Below are positions 50,452 to 64,000 of a DNA stretch of 64,000 nt, in pieces. Source of the stretch: Neovahlkampfia damariscottae (lineage: Eukaryota); contig JABLTG010000010.1 in assembly GCA_016618085.1 (NCBI GenBank), positions 1 to 64,000 on the forward strand. The letters run 5' to 3'. The notes under the pieces are model-generated. The model saw only the letters and a program-made list of their open reading frames with translations. It searched no databases and was not told the DNA's origin. The translations under genes and the position numbers were made by a program. Within the stretch, counting starts at the first letter, position 1; each line of letters begins with the position of its first letter.

Positions 50452-53400
50452 TTAATTCTTTATTGACAATTTCCATTTATGAGTTTCACAGATAACTCTC
50501 AAAGATTTCATGTTTTCCTCTTCTCTCACTATTTTTTTTATCAAATCACTATGTTTTGGATTCACCAAAAATTTCAAACAAGTCAAAGTTGATGATGCAT
50601 TTGATTTATTCTTAATCACTTCTCCAATGAAATTTTTGATAATTTCACTAGCTCTTGCTTCCTTAATGGAATCATCAATATTTAAAATAGATTGTAAAAT
50701 CTGTAAGAATGGTTCTTGACCTGAAATATATTCTGGAGTTTTTGATGAATTACCAATAGTGTTAATTAAACTTTCAAAAAGAATTAAAAAAAAAAAGAAT
50801 TACTTTTGTGGATCTGTTAATTGGTTGATCAAAACATTCGAAAAATTGATTGAAATCAATCTTGATTCAAAACACCAATGAGTTAAAATATTCGAAATTT
50901 CTTCAAGATTAACATTCTCTTGAATAATTGAACCAAAAAAATTTCGATTGAAAAATTTCTCTTTGTCTTTATCTGACAAATAAATTTTTTCTTCTTTTTC
51001 ATTTTTGATTTTAACATTAGATGTGTTAACATAATTGGTACTTGTTTCGCATGATCTCATTATCCAAGAAATTAATTTCAATGAGTAAAATAAACACTTC
51101 TTTCCAAAGTGTAAACTCAAACCAAATGATTGTAATTTTGAATTTTTATCAACAATAGTGGATTCACCACCATGTAAACATGAAGTTAAGATAGATATGA
51201 TTTCTTTGGATAACAAAAATTTTGTGTTTTCAAAACTCAATTCTGCAAATTCTTCAAACAATTGAATCAATTCACCTATGTTTCTGTAATAATACCTTCC
51301 ATTTTTTTGTATTAATTCAATCAATTTTGAAACGAATTTTGTTGTAGTTTCATCTAAATCGGATAAAATTTTTAAACAATGAATTGAAATGTCTTTGAAT
51401 GTGTTTCTGATGATTTCATGCGGACAATCAAAGAAAATTGAAATTAGATTTTCTTGATTGAAATAATTTAAAAAGAATTTGCAAGATTCTTTGTTATTGG
51501 ATAATAAATCACGAATCATTAAAGTGTTCAAGTATTCAATGGAACTTTTGTGAATGGAGTGTGATAATATATCAATGAGGTATTTGCAACATAATTCAAT
51601 TGAACTTGTTTGATTATTCTTTAAAGATAGAACTTGTAGGATGAAATCATTAAATTCTTCAGAATAAACGAATTCATCTCTAAAGCAATTTCCATTTTCT
51701 TTCCAAACAATTTTTTTGATTTCAGAAGGCAATTCAACTTCAATATCTTTTTTTTCTTCTTGGATATTTTCTTTTTCTTCTTCTTTGGTTTCAGATCTTT
51801 CCAAAGGTTCTTCTTCTTTGATTGATGATGTTTTTTGATAAAAAAGCATATAAGCATTATTAGTTCTTAAGATTTTGTTTTTAACAGTATCTGTTCCATT
51901 TTGATCTTTGGACACAATTTCTTCAACACCTCCAAAACATTCTTTGTCTAAATTCTCAATATCAAAAGGAATAACTTTTGTGTCATTAAATTCGTACCAT
52001 TTTCTGGTAGATCTTTCCATGATGAATGAATAATAATGACCTGAATCTGCAGTTCCAATATGAACAACTACTCCTACTAATTCATATTGATAATTCTTAT
52101 TGGTTGAAGATTCAAGATTCTTCATGCAATCAACTGTGTATGGAAATAAATCCAATTTTCTTGGAAACTCTAATCTGTCATTGATTTTGTTATTTTTTCT
52201 TCTTTCATAATCAAATTCAAATCTTTTCAAGTGTAATGTTAAAATTTCAGGTAATTTGAGAATTGAGTAAGTTTTAACTGCATCCACATGCCTTCCTTCA
52301 TGCTCACTGTAGTATTGGTTTTCACCTTCCAATCTATCTCCTTTAATATAGTTATCCAATGATTCTTGAATATTTTTCTTGTTTTTGACATCCAATGAAA
52401 TTCCAATGATTGGTTCTTCAGTTTTTGAAACATAATTTTCAGTTTTAATTTCACTTAAAACCCTTCCACCAAAGATTGATTTAACAAAATTAGGTGATGA
52501 ATTTCCAATTGCTGCTTCAATTTTATCAAAATACAAGTTGAAAAATTCATAAGCATCTTGCTGACGATGCACATTAATTTTTTCACCAAAAATATCTTTG
52601 TATGAATCACAAAAAGGATTGGTATCATAATAATACTTGAAACTATCTTTTAAATTTCCAAAAAGTAATTGACTTTGGTATAATACATTTTTGTTATCAT
52701 CATCTTTTGTTTCTTCAACTGTTGGGACTTTTGCAGAAAACATACCATTTCTGAAGACTGGAATCATATAAAATTGTTGAAGCAATGAATTCATATAACA
52801 AGTACTCCCTGCGTTCTTTAGTCCGATAAAATTTTTCTTTGTTAAAATTCCTTCCCCAGAAGAAGTAAAAAACCAATACGTTTTTTTTGATTCATTGATC
52901 AATTCCTTTAACAAAGTTAATAGAATTTTATATTCATCCTCTTCTTTTTCTTTATTGATCAATTCAACAATTAATTGAAATGTTGCTTTTCTACTCTTTT
53001 TTGATTTGCATTTTGGTGGCAAGACTTTCAAATTTTTCAAAGAATTTTCATTTGGTATTTGAAAGAGAGAGTTATAAATTTGAATTAAAAATTCATTTCT
53101 ATTCTTCTTTAATTCTAAATTCGATTTAAAAATCGAAGTCAAAATATTCAAGTATCCAATCAAAATTAAATCTTCTTTTTTGGAAGTGACTTCAAAATTT
53201 TTTGATAAAATTTTTGCAATTAATTTTTCAACTTCTGATTCTTCATCTTCTAATAGTTTATTTTTTTCAATCAATTTCTCCAAAAAATTGAAATAAGATT
53301 CACACGATGACGAATAATCTTCAATTGTTTCAAAGAGTTTGAAAAAGTATTCAAAAAGATAATCCCTTAATTTTTCATTCTTTTCTGAAATCAAAATTAA

Positions 53401-56400
53401 ATAATTTGACATAATATTTCTAATCTTTACATCATCACAATCCAATAAACAATTTTTGAACCAATCTAAAATTGAATCATTTTCATAAATGATATCCAAA
53501 CAATTTGCATTAATTTTCAATGAATTCAATGTAAATAACATGATGGATTGAACCAATTCATAATTAATCTTCTTTTCTTTGAATATTTTTGATATTATTT
53601 TTGTCAAATTTTCCTTCTTGGTTTCTTCATCATCTTTGAATGTATTAAGGATATTCAACAAGAGAGAAAGTGTCTCAATTTTCATATTTTCATAATTCAA
53701 AAGAATTTCTAACAGTATTAGAAAAATAATCATTATTACTGATTAAGTGCTTAATTCCTCCAAATTTGATGAAGTTTTGATTCCAAACATCTAAATTGAA
53801 TGATTCATCCAAAGTATTTCTTCTACTTAAACCATCAATGATTTGTAATTGATACAATAACTTATGAGAATTATCAATGCTTATAACCTTAAAATGGATT
53901 TTAGTTTTTTCTTTTTCTTTTGGTTACTTCTTCCCAATTGATGGTTTCATTCAAATTTTTTATTGAATTGTAAATCTCTTTGTTGGTTGGCAGAAATTTC
54001 AAAATTTTCCAAACAGATGATGCAACATCATCACTTAAGTCTAATAATGAAAATAAAATTGAAAAATTATCTTGGGTTTGTAAAATATTGACAGCAAGAT
54101 TTGGATCAATTTCGGCTTCTAATTTAACAAACTCCGTTTCAACTTTCTTTTCTTTTTTGGTGTCCATTTTTTTTTCAACAGGTTTTGTTTTATCATTTTT
54201 TATCGGTATTTCATTCGAAATAGTTTCAATAATTTCTTCTTCTTGTTTTTTTTCAATTTCTTTTGGTTTCATTGGTTTGTTTGATGGTTGGTACTTGTGT
54301 TGAAGAACATTTGATATTTCATTCAATCCTAAATAATTGAATTGTCTAATTAATAATTGAATTGAAATATAATTGAAATTAATTTTTTGAAGGTATATTT
54401 TTGAATCATCCACAAAGTCAATTAATTTTTGATTTTTATCTTTCAATTCATCACCATTGGATGAAAAGAATTTCAATAATTTTAAAGGATATTTCAAATA
54501 ATTTGATGTTAAAAGTAATATATTTTCCAATTTGTCTTCTGTTTGAAGAGAGATTTGAAAAATTTTGTTTTCAAAAAAAATTTGAAAATGAATCGGAACA
54601 CCTGAATTATCACTATGACCCCTAATTTTTCCTTTGAAAACTAAAATATAATCATATAAAATATCTATTGTTCTGATTAAAAATTTTTCATTTTCCTTGA
54701 AACTTTTTATTTTCTCAATACATTGTTGAATATGGAAATTGGAGTTTTCTTGAACATTTGAGTTAAGAAATTTGATAGATTTTTTCAAAACATCTTCGTT
54801 ATCAGTTTCTAAATTTAGTTTCCATAACATTTTCATTCCTTTTTCTCTATTGATGATATTAAAAAATGAACAAAATAAATCAAATTCAATTTCTTTCCAT
54901 TCTTTCAAATTTGATAAAATTTCATCAAAGAAATGTTCAATAGATAAGTCTTGAAATAGATCAGCTTCACTTTTCAATAAACTATTAAACCATTCAATGA
55001 AAATATTCTTAGTTTCTTCTTCTTTATAAAATTTCTCCCACAATAATTTCAATTGGTTTAAATTCAACTTAAAATTGGAATTATATAAAACGAAAGTAAT
55101 AAACTTCAATTTGATATTTAAAATATCAATTTTTTGATTTTTAGTGATGAAACTTTTTTTCTCAGAAATGTATTTTTCATTGAATTCTTTGATTGTAATT
55201 TTTTTGGTTTCTTGCAATATTTTTTCGGATTCTTGTTGATCATAGTTTAAATATTCAAAATCAACATCTAAATCTAAAAAAAATAAATCCAATATTCTTT
55301 CATTGATGTTGTCCAAAACTGACCAAATTACATTTTTTTTCTTTCTTCCATTGGACGGATATGTATTCATTAAATTCATTAATAAATTAATGGATTGAGG
55401 AATTGAACAATGATCTCTGATGTTGTCTAAACATAATTTCATGTACTTTTTTCTTTGACTTTCAAAATCATCCAAGATTAAAATTTCTTTCAAAGCTTTC
55501 AACGAATTCTTCGCTAAATTTTCATCCAATGATTTGAAGTCGAAAAATAAGTTCCATAATAATTCCAAACCGAAGTTTTTTTTCTTTTTAAATTTAGAGA
55601 AATAAATTTTTGTAATTTCCTTCAAAAAGTTGAACTTATCAAAATCCAACAAATCATTCAAGTCGAAATGATTTTCAATTTTTTGAAAAATTAAATCAAA
55701 TAAATTAATTTCAAACATTGGAAGTAATCTTAAAATAAAATCTAAAACATTTCTTTGAGTTGTTTCATGTTTATTGATGAACGATTTCCAAATAATTTCA
55801 AAATCTGATTCTGTAAATTTCTTACTTTGAATTAAGAAAAAAATGATTGGTTTTGTTTGCCGTAACAATTCAGCATGTAAATCCTTTGAAAATATTGAGT
55901 TCAAAAAATCATTTGCTTCCATCCATTGATGAAGATTTTTTACAGTCATGGAATTCCCAGTTTTTTTTTCTGTAGTTTCTTTGATAATTTTTTTGATATC
56001 AGCCAAACAAAACAATCTCTTCTCTAAATCACATTCCGTATTGAAGATTTTTAAAGAAAAATTCAAATTAAAAAACTCCGAAATTTCTGTTGATTCCTTG
56101 AAAGGAAGTGCTTTTCTTAATAAAACTGTAACATAAAATAATGGATCTCTTAAATTGACTTTTGTTTCATTTTTTAATTCATCTTCTGTTAGTTCATTCA
56201 TGATTTGATATATATAATCTTTTAATAAAATTGTAATTTCTTTTAACATTTTAACATTGATACCAATAGATGTTCTGATAAAAATTCTTAATAATTGTCT
56301 GATGATATTTAAATCTTTGGTTTTCTTTGTATATTCAAATAAATACAAAAAACCACCAATTTCACCAAAAAATTGAACTACCCTTAAATGATTAGAAGTT

Positions 56401-57250
56401 GAATCAGATCTCTTGAGATTTTGTGTTAATTTTTTTTTTGGAAATTACTGTGAAATTGTATTTTTGGAAATCTGAATCCCAATTTGCTTCTTTAACATAT
56501 TTTTTACTTTCTGCATAAAATTTTCCTTTATTGTCATAATATTTTGAATACAAAAGCTCTTCCAAAATTTTCAAATTTTCAAGTGAAATTTTTTCTTCTC
56601 TCAATTGATTTGTGTAATATTCAATCAATTTAAATAAAAATTCATATTCTAAAGTTTGTAGTTCTCTTTTTAAAATGTCAGTTTTTTTTTTTTTTTTACT
56701 TTTTGTCAAATAGAATAGAAGCGTATTTTCTGTATTGAGTTTCGTCTTTTGGAAAATTTTCAAAAAATTCCTGAAACTTCTCTTTTTGATAATTCTTTAA
56801 ATTATCTAAAATTTGCTTATTTCTTTCAGCTTCTTGTTTCTCTTGATTTTTCTTTTCTAATTTTTCCATTTCTTCTTTTTGCTTTTTCAAATCATCTTCC
56901 GAGAGGTCCTTATGATATTCTCCATTTTCATTACCATTATTTTGATTTTTTTCTTCAACTGTTTGATTTTCAACTTCAACTTGTGTTGTTTGATTTTTTT
57001 TTTCAACTTTTTTTTGTTGTTTTGAGATTTCTTTTTTATTTTCCGAATGGTTGCTCAAGTTTTCTTGATTTTCACCATTTTCTTCTAATTTTTCAACTTC
57101 AAGTTTTTCTGTTGAAACTTTTTCCGTTGTGATTTCAGAATCCTTGAAATTTTCGGAACCAGTTTCATCATTCAAACTGTATTCAGAACCAAAACTACCT
57201 TTTATATCAGGTGAATTTGAAGAGGTTTTGTCTTCACTGTTTAGTTCCAT
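50452..57250 (-). CDS. Large ubiquitin-specific protease, USP9/USP24/USP34 (fat facets) type
   Basis: Cys box GLKNAGSTCYMNSLLQQ, QQDAYEF, LHLKRFEFD, His box VHIGTADSGHYYSFI and WYEFND; N-terminal helical repeats. Confidence 0.92.
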
Positions 57251-57368
57251 CCACTGGTTTCTAATTGATGGAAAAAAAAAATTGATTGGCTTTTTATTGG
57301 CTTCTTTTAAAACAAAGTTCTTTTTGAATATTGTACAATAAAATTTATTTACATTTTAAAAAGAAAAC

Positions 57369-58067
57369 TTATTTCTTTTTTGGAGCACCTCTTTTTGGGT
57401 TCAAAGGTTTAGCTGAACCTCCATTTGTCATTTTTTTGAACTTGTACAAATCTGAAAAGTAATGATAATGACAAACTTTGTCCCAACCACGTTCTACAAA
57501 TTCTGATTTAAAATCTTGTATTTCATGAGTTCTAAGGCTAAATCTCAAACGATTATTGACTTCGTTTGAACATCCAACTAAACAGCATTCTGGTTGTCCG
57601 TCTGTTGTTTTTGAGTTACTTCTTGGTTTTGAGTTATGGGTATGTGAAGGGAGAATGTACTCGTCTTCTGAAGACATATCACGTTCTAAATAAAAATCAT
57701 CGTCAGTTCTATTTAAATCTTTCGGGAAAAAAATTAGTTTTTTTGGATAGTTTTTACTTCTTCTTTTTGATCTTTTTTCGATCTTTTCAGGGCTACTTAA
57801 ACGTGGTTTTTTACTTTCAAGTTTTTGTGTAGTAGTATACTTTTTGTTGTGCTCTCTCATGAGGTACACTTGATAGTTGGTGAAGGCTTGGTTTACAGGA
57901 TGTTGGACGTCAAATGGATCCACAAAATTTGGTCCGAAAAGTGTGTCTTTTGTTTGACATTGTTGTATCTTTTGTTGTTCAGAATCTAAGTTGAATCTGG
58001 TTAAGATAATTGCTTCTGTGAAGGCGTTAGTGGTGGTGTTTGACTTACTTTTTGATAACATTGACAT
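57369..58067 (-). CDS. Hypothetical protein with C-terminal Cys/His cluster and basic NLS-like tail
   Basis: Intronless 232-aa ORF; CCLVGC...KVCHYH; ends PKRGAPKKK. Confidence 0.65.
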   Translation of the reverse strand: MSMLSKSKSNTTTNAFTEAIILTRFNLDSEQQKIQQCQTKDTLFGPNFVDPFDVQHPVNQAFTNYQVYLMREHNKKYTTTQKLESKKPRLSSPEKIEKRSKRRSKNYPKKLIFFPKDLNRTDDDFYLERDMSSEDEYILPSHTHNSKPRSNSKTTDGQPECCLVGCSNEVNNRLRFSLRTHEIQDFKSEFVERGWDKVCHYHYFSDLYKFKKMTNGGSAKPLNPKRGAPKKK

Positions 58068-58410
58068 AATAGTTTACAATTTTTTTTACAGTTGTGTGTG
58101 AAGTATTTAACAAGGAGCTCTGTGAATTTGAAGTTATTCGTATTCTATTTTTAGTCTAACCGGAAATAACTGACAAATCAGATCCCTAAAAGAAAACTCG
58201 ATACTCCAATCAAATCTTTTTGATGACCAAAGTTCTATTTCGTTTTCAAAATGTAAATTTAACAAAATGAAGAGAAATTTAACATTATACCTGTCAACGT
58301 CATTTTCAGTTCAACTCTTGTCCAATGAAAAAAATTCTTCCATTTTGATAAAGCTAAATGATTGGATAAAAAGCCGAACGAATAAGTCCGAAAAACAAAA
58401 CTCAATCACC

Positions 58411-59592
58411 ATGTCCTTTGCAGATACACTCTCAATGGAGCAAGCAATCAAAGATTCTGAAAAAGATGTTGTCACAACTGAATCAGAACTTTCTGAAATT
58501 ATACCAGCAAATGACACACAAAAAATTCATGAAATTCATGCAAAACAAGAATTTTTAACAGAAAAACAACTCAGATTCCATATCAAAGCGATCAGAGAAA
58601 CAATTAAATCTGAAGAAGACAGATTAAGAAAAAAATATACATGGTTACAACACCAAAACCTTCTCGGAATGACAATTTTTCTTTTGTCTTTGACAGCTTT
58701 TGGTGTTACATCTGCACTTTATTTGAAAAATGTTATCAGTTGGTGGCTTGCTGTTCCTATGGTGGCTATTTCTGTTTCATTTCTTCATGAACTTGAACAT
58801 GATTTAATACACAATTTATACTTCAAAGGAAAAGAATGGGTTCAACATTTAATGTTTGCTGTTGTTTGGTCAACAAAATTATCCGCAAATCCATGGTTCC
58901 GTAAAGTCATTCATTTAAGACATCACATTTTATCTGGACAAGTTGAAGATCTTGAAGAAAGATTTATTGGTCTTGGTATGGAATTTAACTGGTTAAGAGT
59001 ACTTGTTAACTTTTACCCATTTTCAAATATTTTTATTTTTCCAAGACTTAGAAGAGACAACAAAAGAGTATTTGGTTATGACAAATGGATTTTAGTATTT
59101 CTTTTAAACACACCAGGACCTGTTTTATTTACAGTTTTATTTCACACTTTTCTTGGATATGCACGTTTATTAACAGGATTCACTTTTGGACCTTATGATC
59201 CATGTTTGAATTATCCTTTATGGGCATGGCCTTATGTCAGAGCTATCGGAGTTTTATTAGTTTTACCAAATTTACTTCGTCAAACTTCATTGAATTTTGT
59301 TGCTTCATACTGTCATTATTATGGTGACATTCCAAAACATAATGTTTATTATCAAAATCAAGTTTTAAATCACTGGAGTGTATTACCACTTCACATTTTT
59401 AGTTTCAATTTTGGTGCTACTCATATCATTCATCATTTTGTTACAAACCAACCATTTTATCTTCGACAAATGTTAGCTCCAAAAGCGACTGAAGCTTTAA
59501 TTCAACATGGAATTAGAAATAATGATTTAGATATCATTAGAAAAAATAACAGATTCTTTGATAATCCAGAAGAAATTAAAAAAGCTGCTTAA
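58411..59592 (+). CDS. Membrane di-iron desaturase-fold enzyme, UndB (1-alkene-forming fatty acid decarboxylase)-like
   Basis: HELEHDLIH, HLRHH and HIIHH His boxes plus NPW, DLEER, HYYGD, FNFG.TH and PFY.RQ motifs; intronless. Confidence 0.85.
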   Translation: MSFADTLSMEQAIKDSEKDVVTTESELSEIIPANDTQKIHEIHAKQEFLTEKQLRFHIKAIRETIKSEEDRLRKKYTWLQHQNLLGMTIFLLSLTAFGVTSALYLKNVISWWLAVPMVAISVSFLHELEHDLIHNLYFKGKEWVQHLMFAVVWSTKLSANPWFRKVIHLRHHILSGQVEDLEERFIGLGMEFNWLRVLVNFYPFSNIFIFPRLRRDNKRVFGYDKWILVFLLNTPGPVLFTVLFHTFLGYARLLTGFTFGPYDPCLNYPLWAWPYVRAIGVLLVLPNLLRQTSLNFVASYCHYYGDIPKHNVYYQNQVLNHWSVLPLHIFSFNFGATHIIHHFVTNQPFYLRQMLAPKATEALIQHGIRNNDLDIIRKNNRFFDNPEEIKKAA

Positions 59593-59641
59593 AAAAAGAA
59601 TAAAAAAACTTTTTGATTTTGTAATAACTTTTCTTTTTATT

Positions 59642-60469
<828 letters not shown>

Positions 60470-60680
60470 TTATTGAAAATGATGATTGGTCAAATTTAGG
60501 CTTTTTTTAAATTTACTTGAACAATAAATTTTTTGAATTAAATGATTCAAAAATATACAAAAATAATTCAATCTGAATATCAATCAGTTTCATTGGTTAA
60601 ATCAGGAGATACTTTTAAATAGAAAAATGATTGGTTACTGGTTCAACAAAAACAAAAATTGAATGATCATTGAATAAGTT

Positions 60681-62769
60681 ATGAACAACACTCCCAATAA
60701 AACTCAAAACGCAATAACTCCAATGCCAAATGAACTATTACTTGCTTTAGGTTCAATTTTAAAACCTACTCCTGAAGATATTCAAAGATTATCCGTAACT
60801 TATAATTTCCCGGCTGAAAGAGTTTCATTTTTAAATATTTTTAAAAATTTTAATTTATAGATTCAAACTTTTGTATCTTTTTGTCAAAAAAACCCATTAC
60901 CTCCAAATCCTAATTTTATTCGTCCTCTGGCCGTAGCTCCAAGACCAATTTCAATGGGACCGCAAAATACAACAACAAATGTACAAACACAACCAACAAC
61001 AAATACAATTAAAAAAGTAAAAGAAGAAAAAAAGGAACAATCAACTCAAATCAAAAAAATGAAAAAACCAGAAAAACCAGAAGAAAAAGAAAAGAAAAAA
61101 AAGTCAACTGATGAATTTTCAATATCAAAAATACCTAAAAAAAAAGATAAATCTGAAATTGAAAAACGTGTTGATTCTTTAATGTCAGAAGGAAATTTTA
61201 AACTTGAAAATTGTAAAAAACTAATTGAAATAATGGAAAATGTTCAAGATGAAAACAAACTCTACCTCATTAAAAGTCTTTCAAAAAATAGTAAATTCAG
61301 TTTCTATAAAAAATTTATCAATCAAAATGGTTTATTGATTTTAAAAAATTGGTTGAATAATTCACCATCAAAACAATTAGTTCATGATATTTTTCAAGTT
61401 TGAAAAAAAAAAATATTAACAAAAATATAAGCTTTTATATCAATTACCAATAACTTTAGATGATTTGAAATCTTCAGAAATTGGAAAAACAATCAAAAAA
61501 TTCAATAAACTTGAAGATTCAATAAATAATTTTTATTCTTCAGAGATCAAAGAGATTTTAAAGAAACTTATGGATAAATGGAAAAATATAATAAAGAATG
61601 AAAAAGTTTCTCTTTCTTCTCCAACAACAACAAGTGAACAAAATAGTGAGAAGAAGAAAATTATAACTAACCAAAGAATAGATGAAATAAAACAAGAAAA
61701 AAAAGGAATATTTAGTAATATTGCATCAAGAAAAGAAGAAAAAAAAAAAGAATTATTAAAATCATCAAATACAGAATCATCATCAAAATCAATAATTGAA
61801 CATCAAACTGATAATGTAATAATTGAAAATGAAGAAAAAGAAAATAAAAAAAAAAGAAAATTTAAACAAAAAAAAGTAACATGGGCACCTCAATTATGTC
61901 ATGTTAAACTTTATGAAGTTGAAACTCAAGAAAAAGTTCCAACAAAACAAAATTCATATCAACAAGAGTACTTATCAGAAAAGAAAATGTTTGAACAAAA
62001 GAGAATTGAACATGAAAAGAGGTTAGAAAATATGAAAGAAACAACTCCTTGGGTGTCTTTAAATGCTTTAATTTTTGATAATTCATTTATTAGAGGTTCT
62101 GATTCAGAAGAGAAATTAATTCAGGAAAATAGAAGATTAACAGATACAATGATTCAATATCAAAAAGATTCTGAGATACCAAATACACCAACAAGTCCTA
62201 TTAGTTCATCTAATGAATTATCTTCTTCAAAAGGTGATGAAAATATTTTACAAACTTTGACTTCGGATCCAAATTTATTGACACAATTATTAGGTATGTT
62301 ACAACAACCAACAACAAATGAAAGTGTAAAACAACCTGAAAAATCAACAAATCCTTATTCAACAATTCAATCATCAACAAATCCTTATTCAACGATTCAA
62401 CAAACATCAACAAATTTTTATTCATCTGTTGGTTCAATGAGTGGAGGAGGGGGTGGTGGTGGGTATACTACTTCTATTAATGGTAGTGATGGTGATAGTT
62501 ATCAATCAAATCCTTATCAATCTTCAAATCCTTACAGTAGTATTTCAAATTATTATTCAACACAAAATACACAACCTGGTTATTCAAATGAATATTCACA
62601 AATGTTGAAACAACAAATACCATCTGTACAATCACAACAACCATATAGTGTTGAAGAAATGAATGATCCAACAACTCAACAAAGATGTAAATTTTATAAT
62701 ACACCTACTGGATGTAAAAAAGGTTCAAATTGTCAATATTTACACTCAAGAGATGATTATCGAATATAA
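60681..62769 (+). CDS. PNUTS/PPP1R10 (LUMINIDEPENDENS-like) PP1 nuclear targeting protein
   Basis: TFIIS-N-like region (GLLILKNWL...LPIT.DDLKSSEIGKTIKK...LMDKW), RVxF-type KKVTW and a C-terminal CCCH finger. Confidence 0.75.
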
Positions 62770-62787
62770 TAAATAACTTTTTTTTTT

Positions 62788-63312
62788 TTATTTAAAACTT
62801 GGATTTGTCCATGACAAAATAATTTCAGATTCTAATTTTTCATTTTTATGGAAACGATTTTTTAATTTTCCTTCTTGTTCAAAACCACAACTTTCGTAAT
62901 ATTTAATCAATTTTGTATTTGATTCTGCTGTTGAAGCTACAAGAAAATTATTTTTTTTTTTTTTTTTTTTCAAACCTTGGACAGTTGAAATGTTTTCATT
63001 TTCAGTTTCAATCACACTCAAAAATTGTTGGATTAATTCTTTTCCTAGTCCTTGTTTTTGATGATCTGAATGAAGTAAAACAGTGAAACGATTTAAATAA
63101 TGTGAGTTAAAATCATTTAAAGCAAGTTGAACAGCAAAAGCAGCTCCAATAACTTCACTTTTAAAAGTAGCTACAACACAAATTCCTGCATGAATAGCAG
63201 TATACGCAATATTATCTAAGTCTTGTTGAGTTTCATAATTCATTGTTTTCATTATTTTTTTTAAAGATTCTTCATCTTTATCAGTCGCCATTCGAAACTG
63301 TACACTGGACAT
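62788..63312 (-). CDS. GNAT-family acetyltransferase
   Basis: HQKQGLGKEL AcCoA loop; N.KLIKYYESCGFEQEG; probable small in-frame intron at the poly-A tract. Confidence 0.85.
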   Translation of the reverse strand: MSSVQFRMATDKDEESLKKIMKTMNYETQQDLDNIAYTAIHAGICVVATFKSEVIGAAFAVQLALNDFNSHYLNRFTVLLHSDHQKQGLGKELIQQFLSVIETENENISTVQGLKKKKKKNNFLVASTAESNTKLIKYYESCGFEQEGKLKNRFHKNEKLESEIILSWTNPSFK

Positions 63313-63387
63313 CTTTTGTGTGTGATTTTCTTTCCTACTTTTTTATTGGTCTATAAAAATAAACTGAAAAAAAACAAAAATTTTTTT

Positions 63388-64000
63388 TTATTTTAATTTT
63401 GAAACCATTTTTTTATCTTTTGAAATTTCATTAGTCAATTCATTTAAAGCTTCTGATTTTGTCATTTTTTTTTCTGTTGATGAATTTGTATTTTTATTCA
63501 AAGCATTAAACACAGACATTGCTTGAGCCATCATACCTGATACATCACCAACATTTGAAGGAAGAATTAAAGTATTTGTTTTTTGAGCCAATTTACCAAA
63601 TTGTTGAACATAGTCTCTTGCAATTTGAAATTGAATTGCTTTATCACCATTTGATGATTGAATAGCTTTTGAAATTATTTCAATAGCTTCTGATTGTGCT
63701 ATTGCTTTTTGTTGAATTGCAAATGCTTGACCTAAAGCCATATTTTTTTCTTCTTCCATTTGAGCTTGTGAATTCTTAATCAAAGCAATTTTCTTTCCTT
63801 CAGCTACATTAGAATCAAACTCTTTTTGTGCTTCAGATTCTAAAATTTTTTGTCTTTTTTTTCTTTCTGCTTCAGCTTCTAATTCCATGGCAATTTTAAT
63901 TTGTGTTGGAACATGCATCTAAAATGTTAAAATTTGAGTTTTTTGTTTACATCTTTAATTTCATATCTTTCAATAGAAATACCCCAATTTGAAGCAACTT
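63388..64000 (-). CDS. STOML2: Stomatin-like protein 2 (SPFH/band 7), C-terminal part; 5' end lies outside the window
   Basis: AMELEAEAERKKRQKILESE and YVQQFGKLAQKTNTLILPSNVGDVSGMMAQAM match SLP-2. Confidence 0.85.

Overview
Gene-dense, very AT-rich eukaryotic (protist-like) nuclear DNA with tiny GT-AG introns (about 25-50 nt), short intergenic spacers and a CCAAT box upstream of most genes. About 30 host genes are recognisable: CotH kinase, OSCA/TMEM63-like channel, long-chain acyl-CoA synthetase, SEL1 protein, two trypsin-EGF proteases, sugar porter, LRR proteins, neurofibromin-like RasGAP, RBR E3 ligase, CSA/ERCC8-like WD40, Mps1 kinase, C2-SH3, RGS-repeat protein, eEF2-derived protein, two LamG-BTB genes, USP9/24/34-like hydrolase, an UndB-like desaturase/decarboxylase, Rab14, PNUTS-like protein, GNAT and stomatin-like 2. 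There are also tRNA-Gln(TTG) and an intron-containing tRNA-Tyr(GTA). The standout is a 4.3-kb inserted element (15303-19645). It has ~80-bp imperfect terminal inverted repeats starting AGTAGTAG and a 6-bp target duplication (CCCTGG/CCCTGT), i.e. Polinton/Maverick-type ends, and it splits a caspase-like gene. Its left arm carries intronless micro-ORF cassettes, each headed by an element-specific ATTGGGTTTAAA motif 43-44 nt before the ATG, and a truncated ORF. Its right arm carries a captured, intron-containing host-type ATPase pseudogene in place of the viral core genes. All product calls come from motif recognition by eye, with no database search. Exon boundaries and some start codons are approximate.
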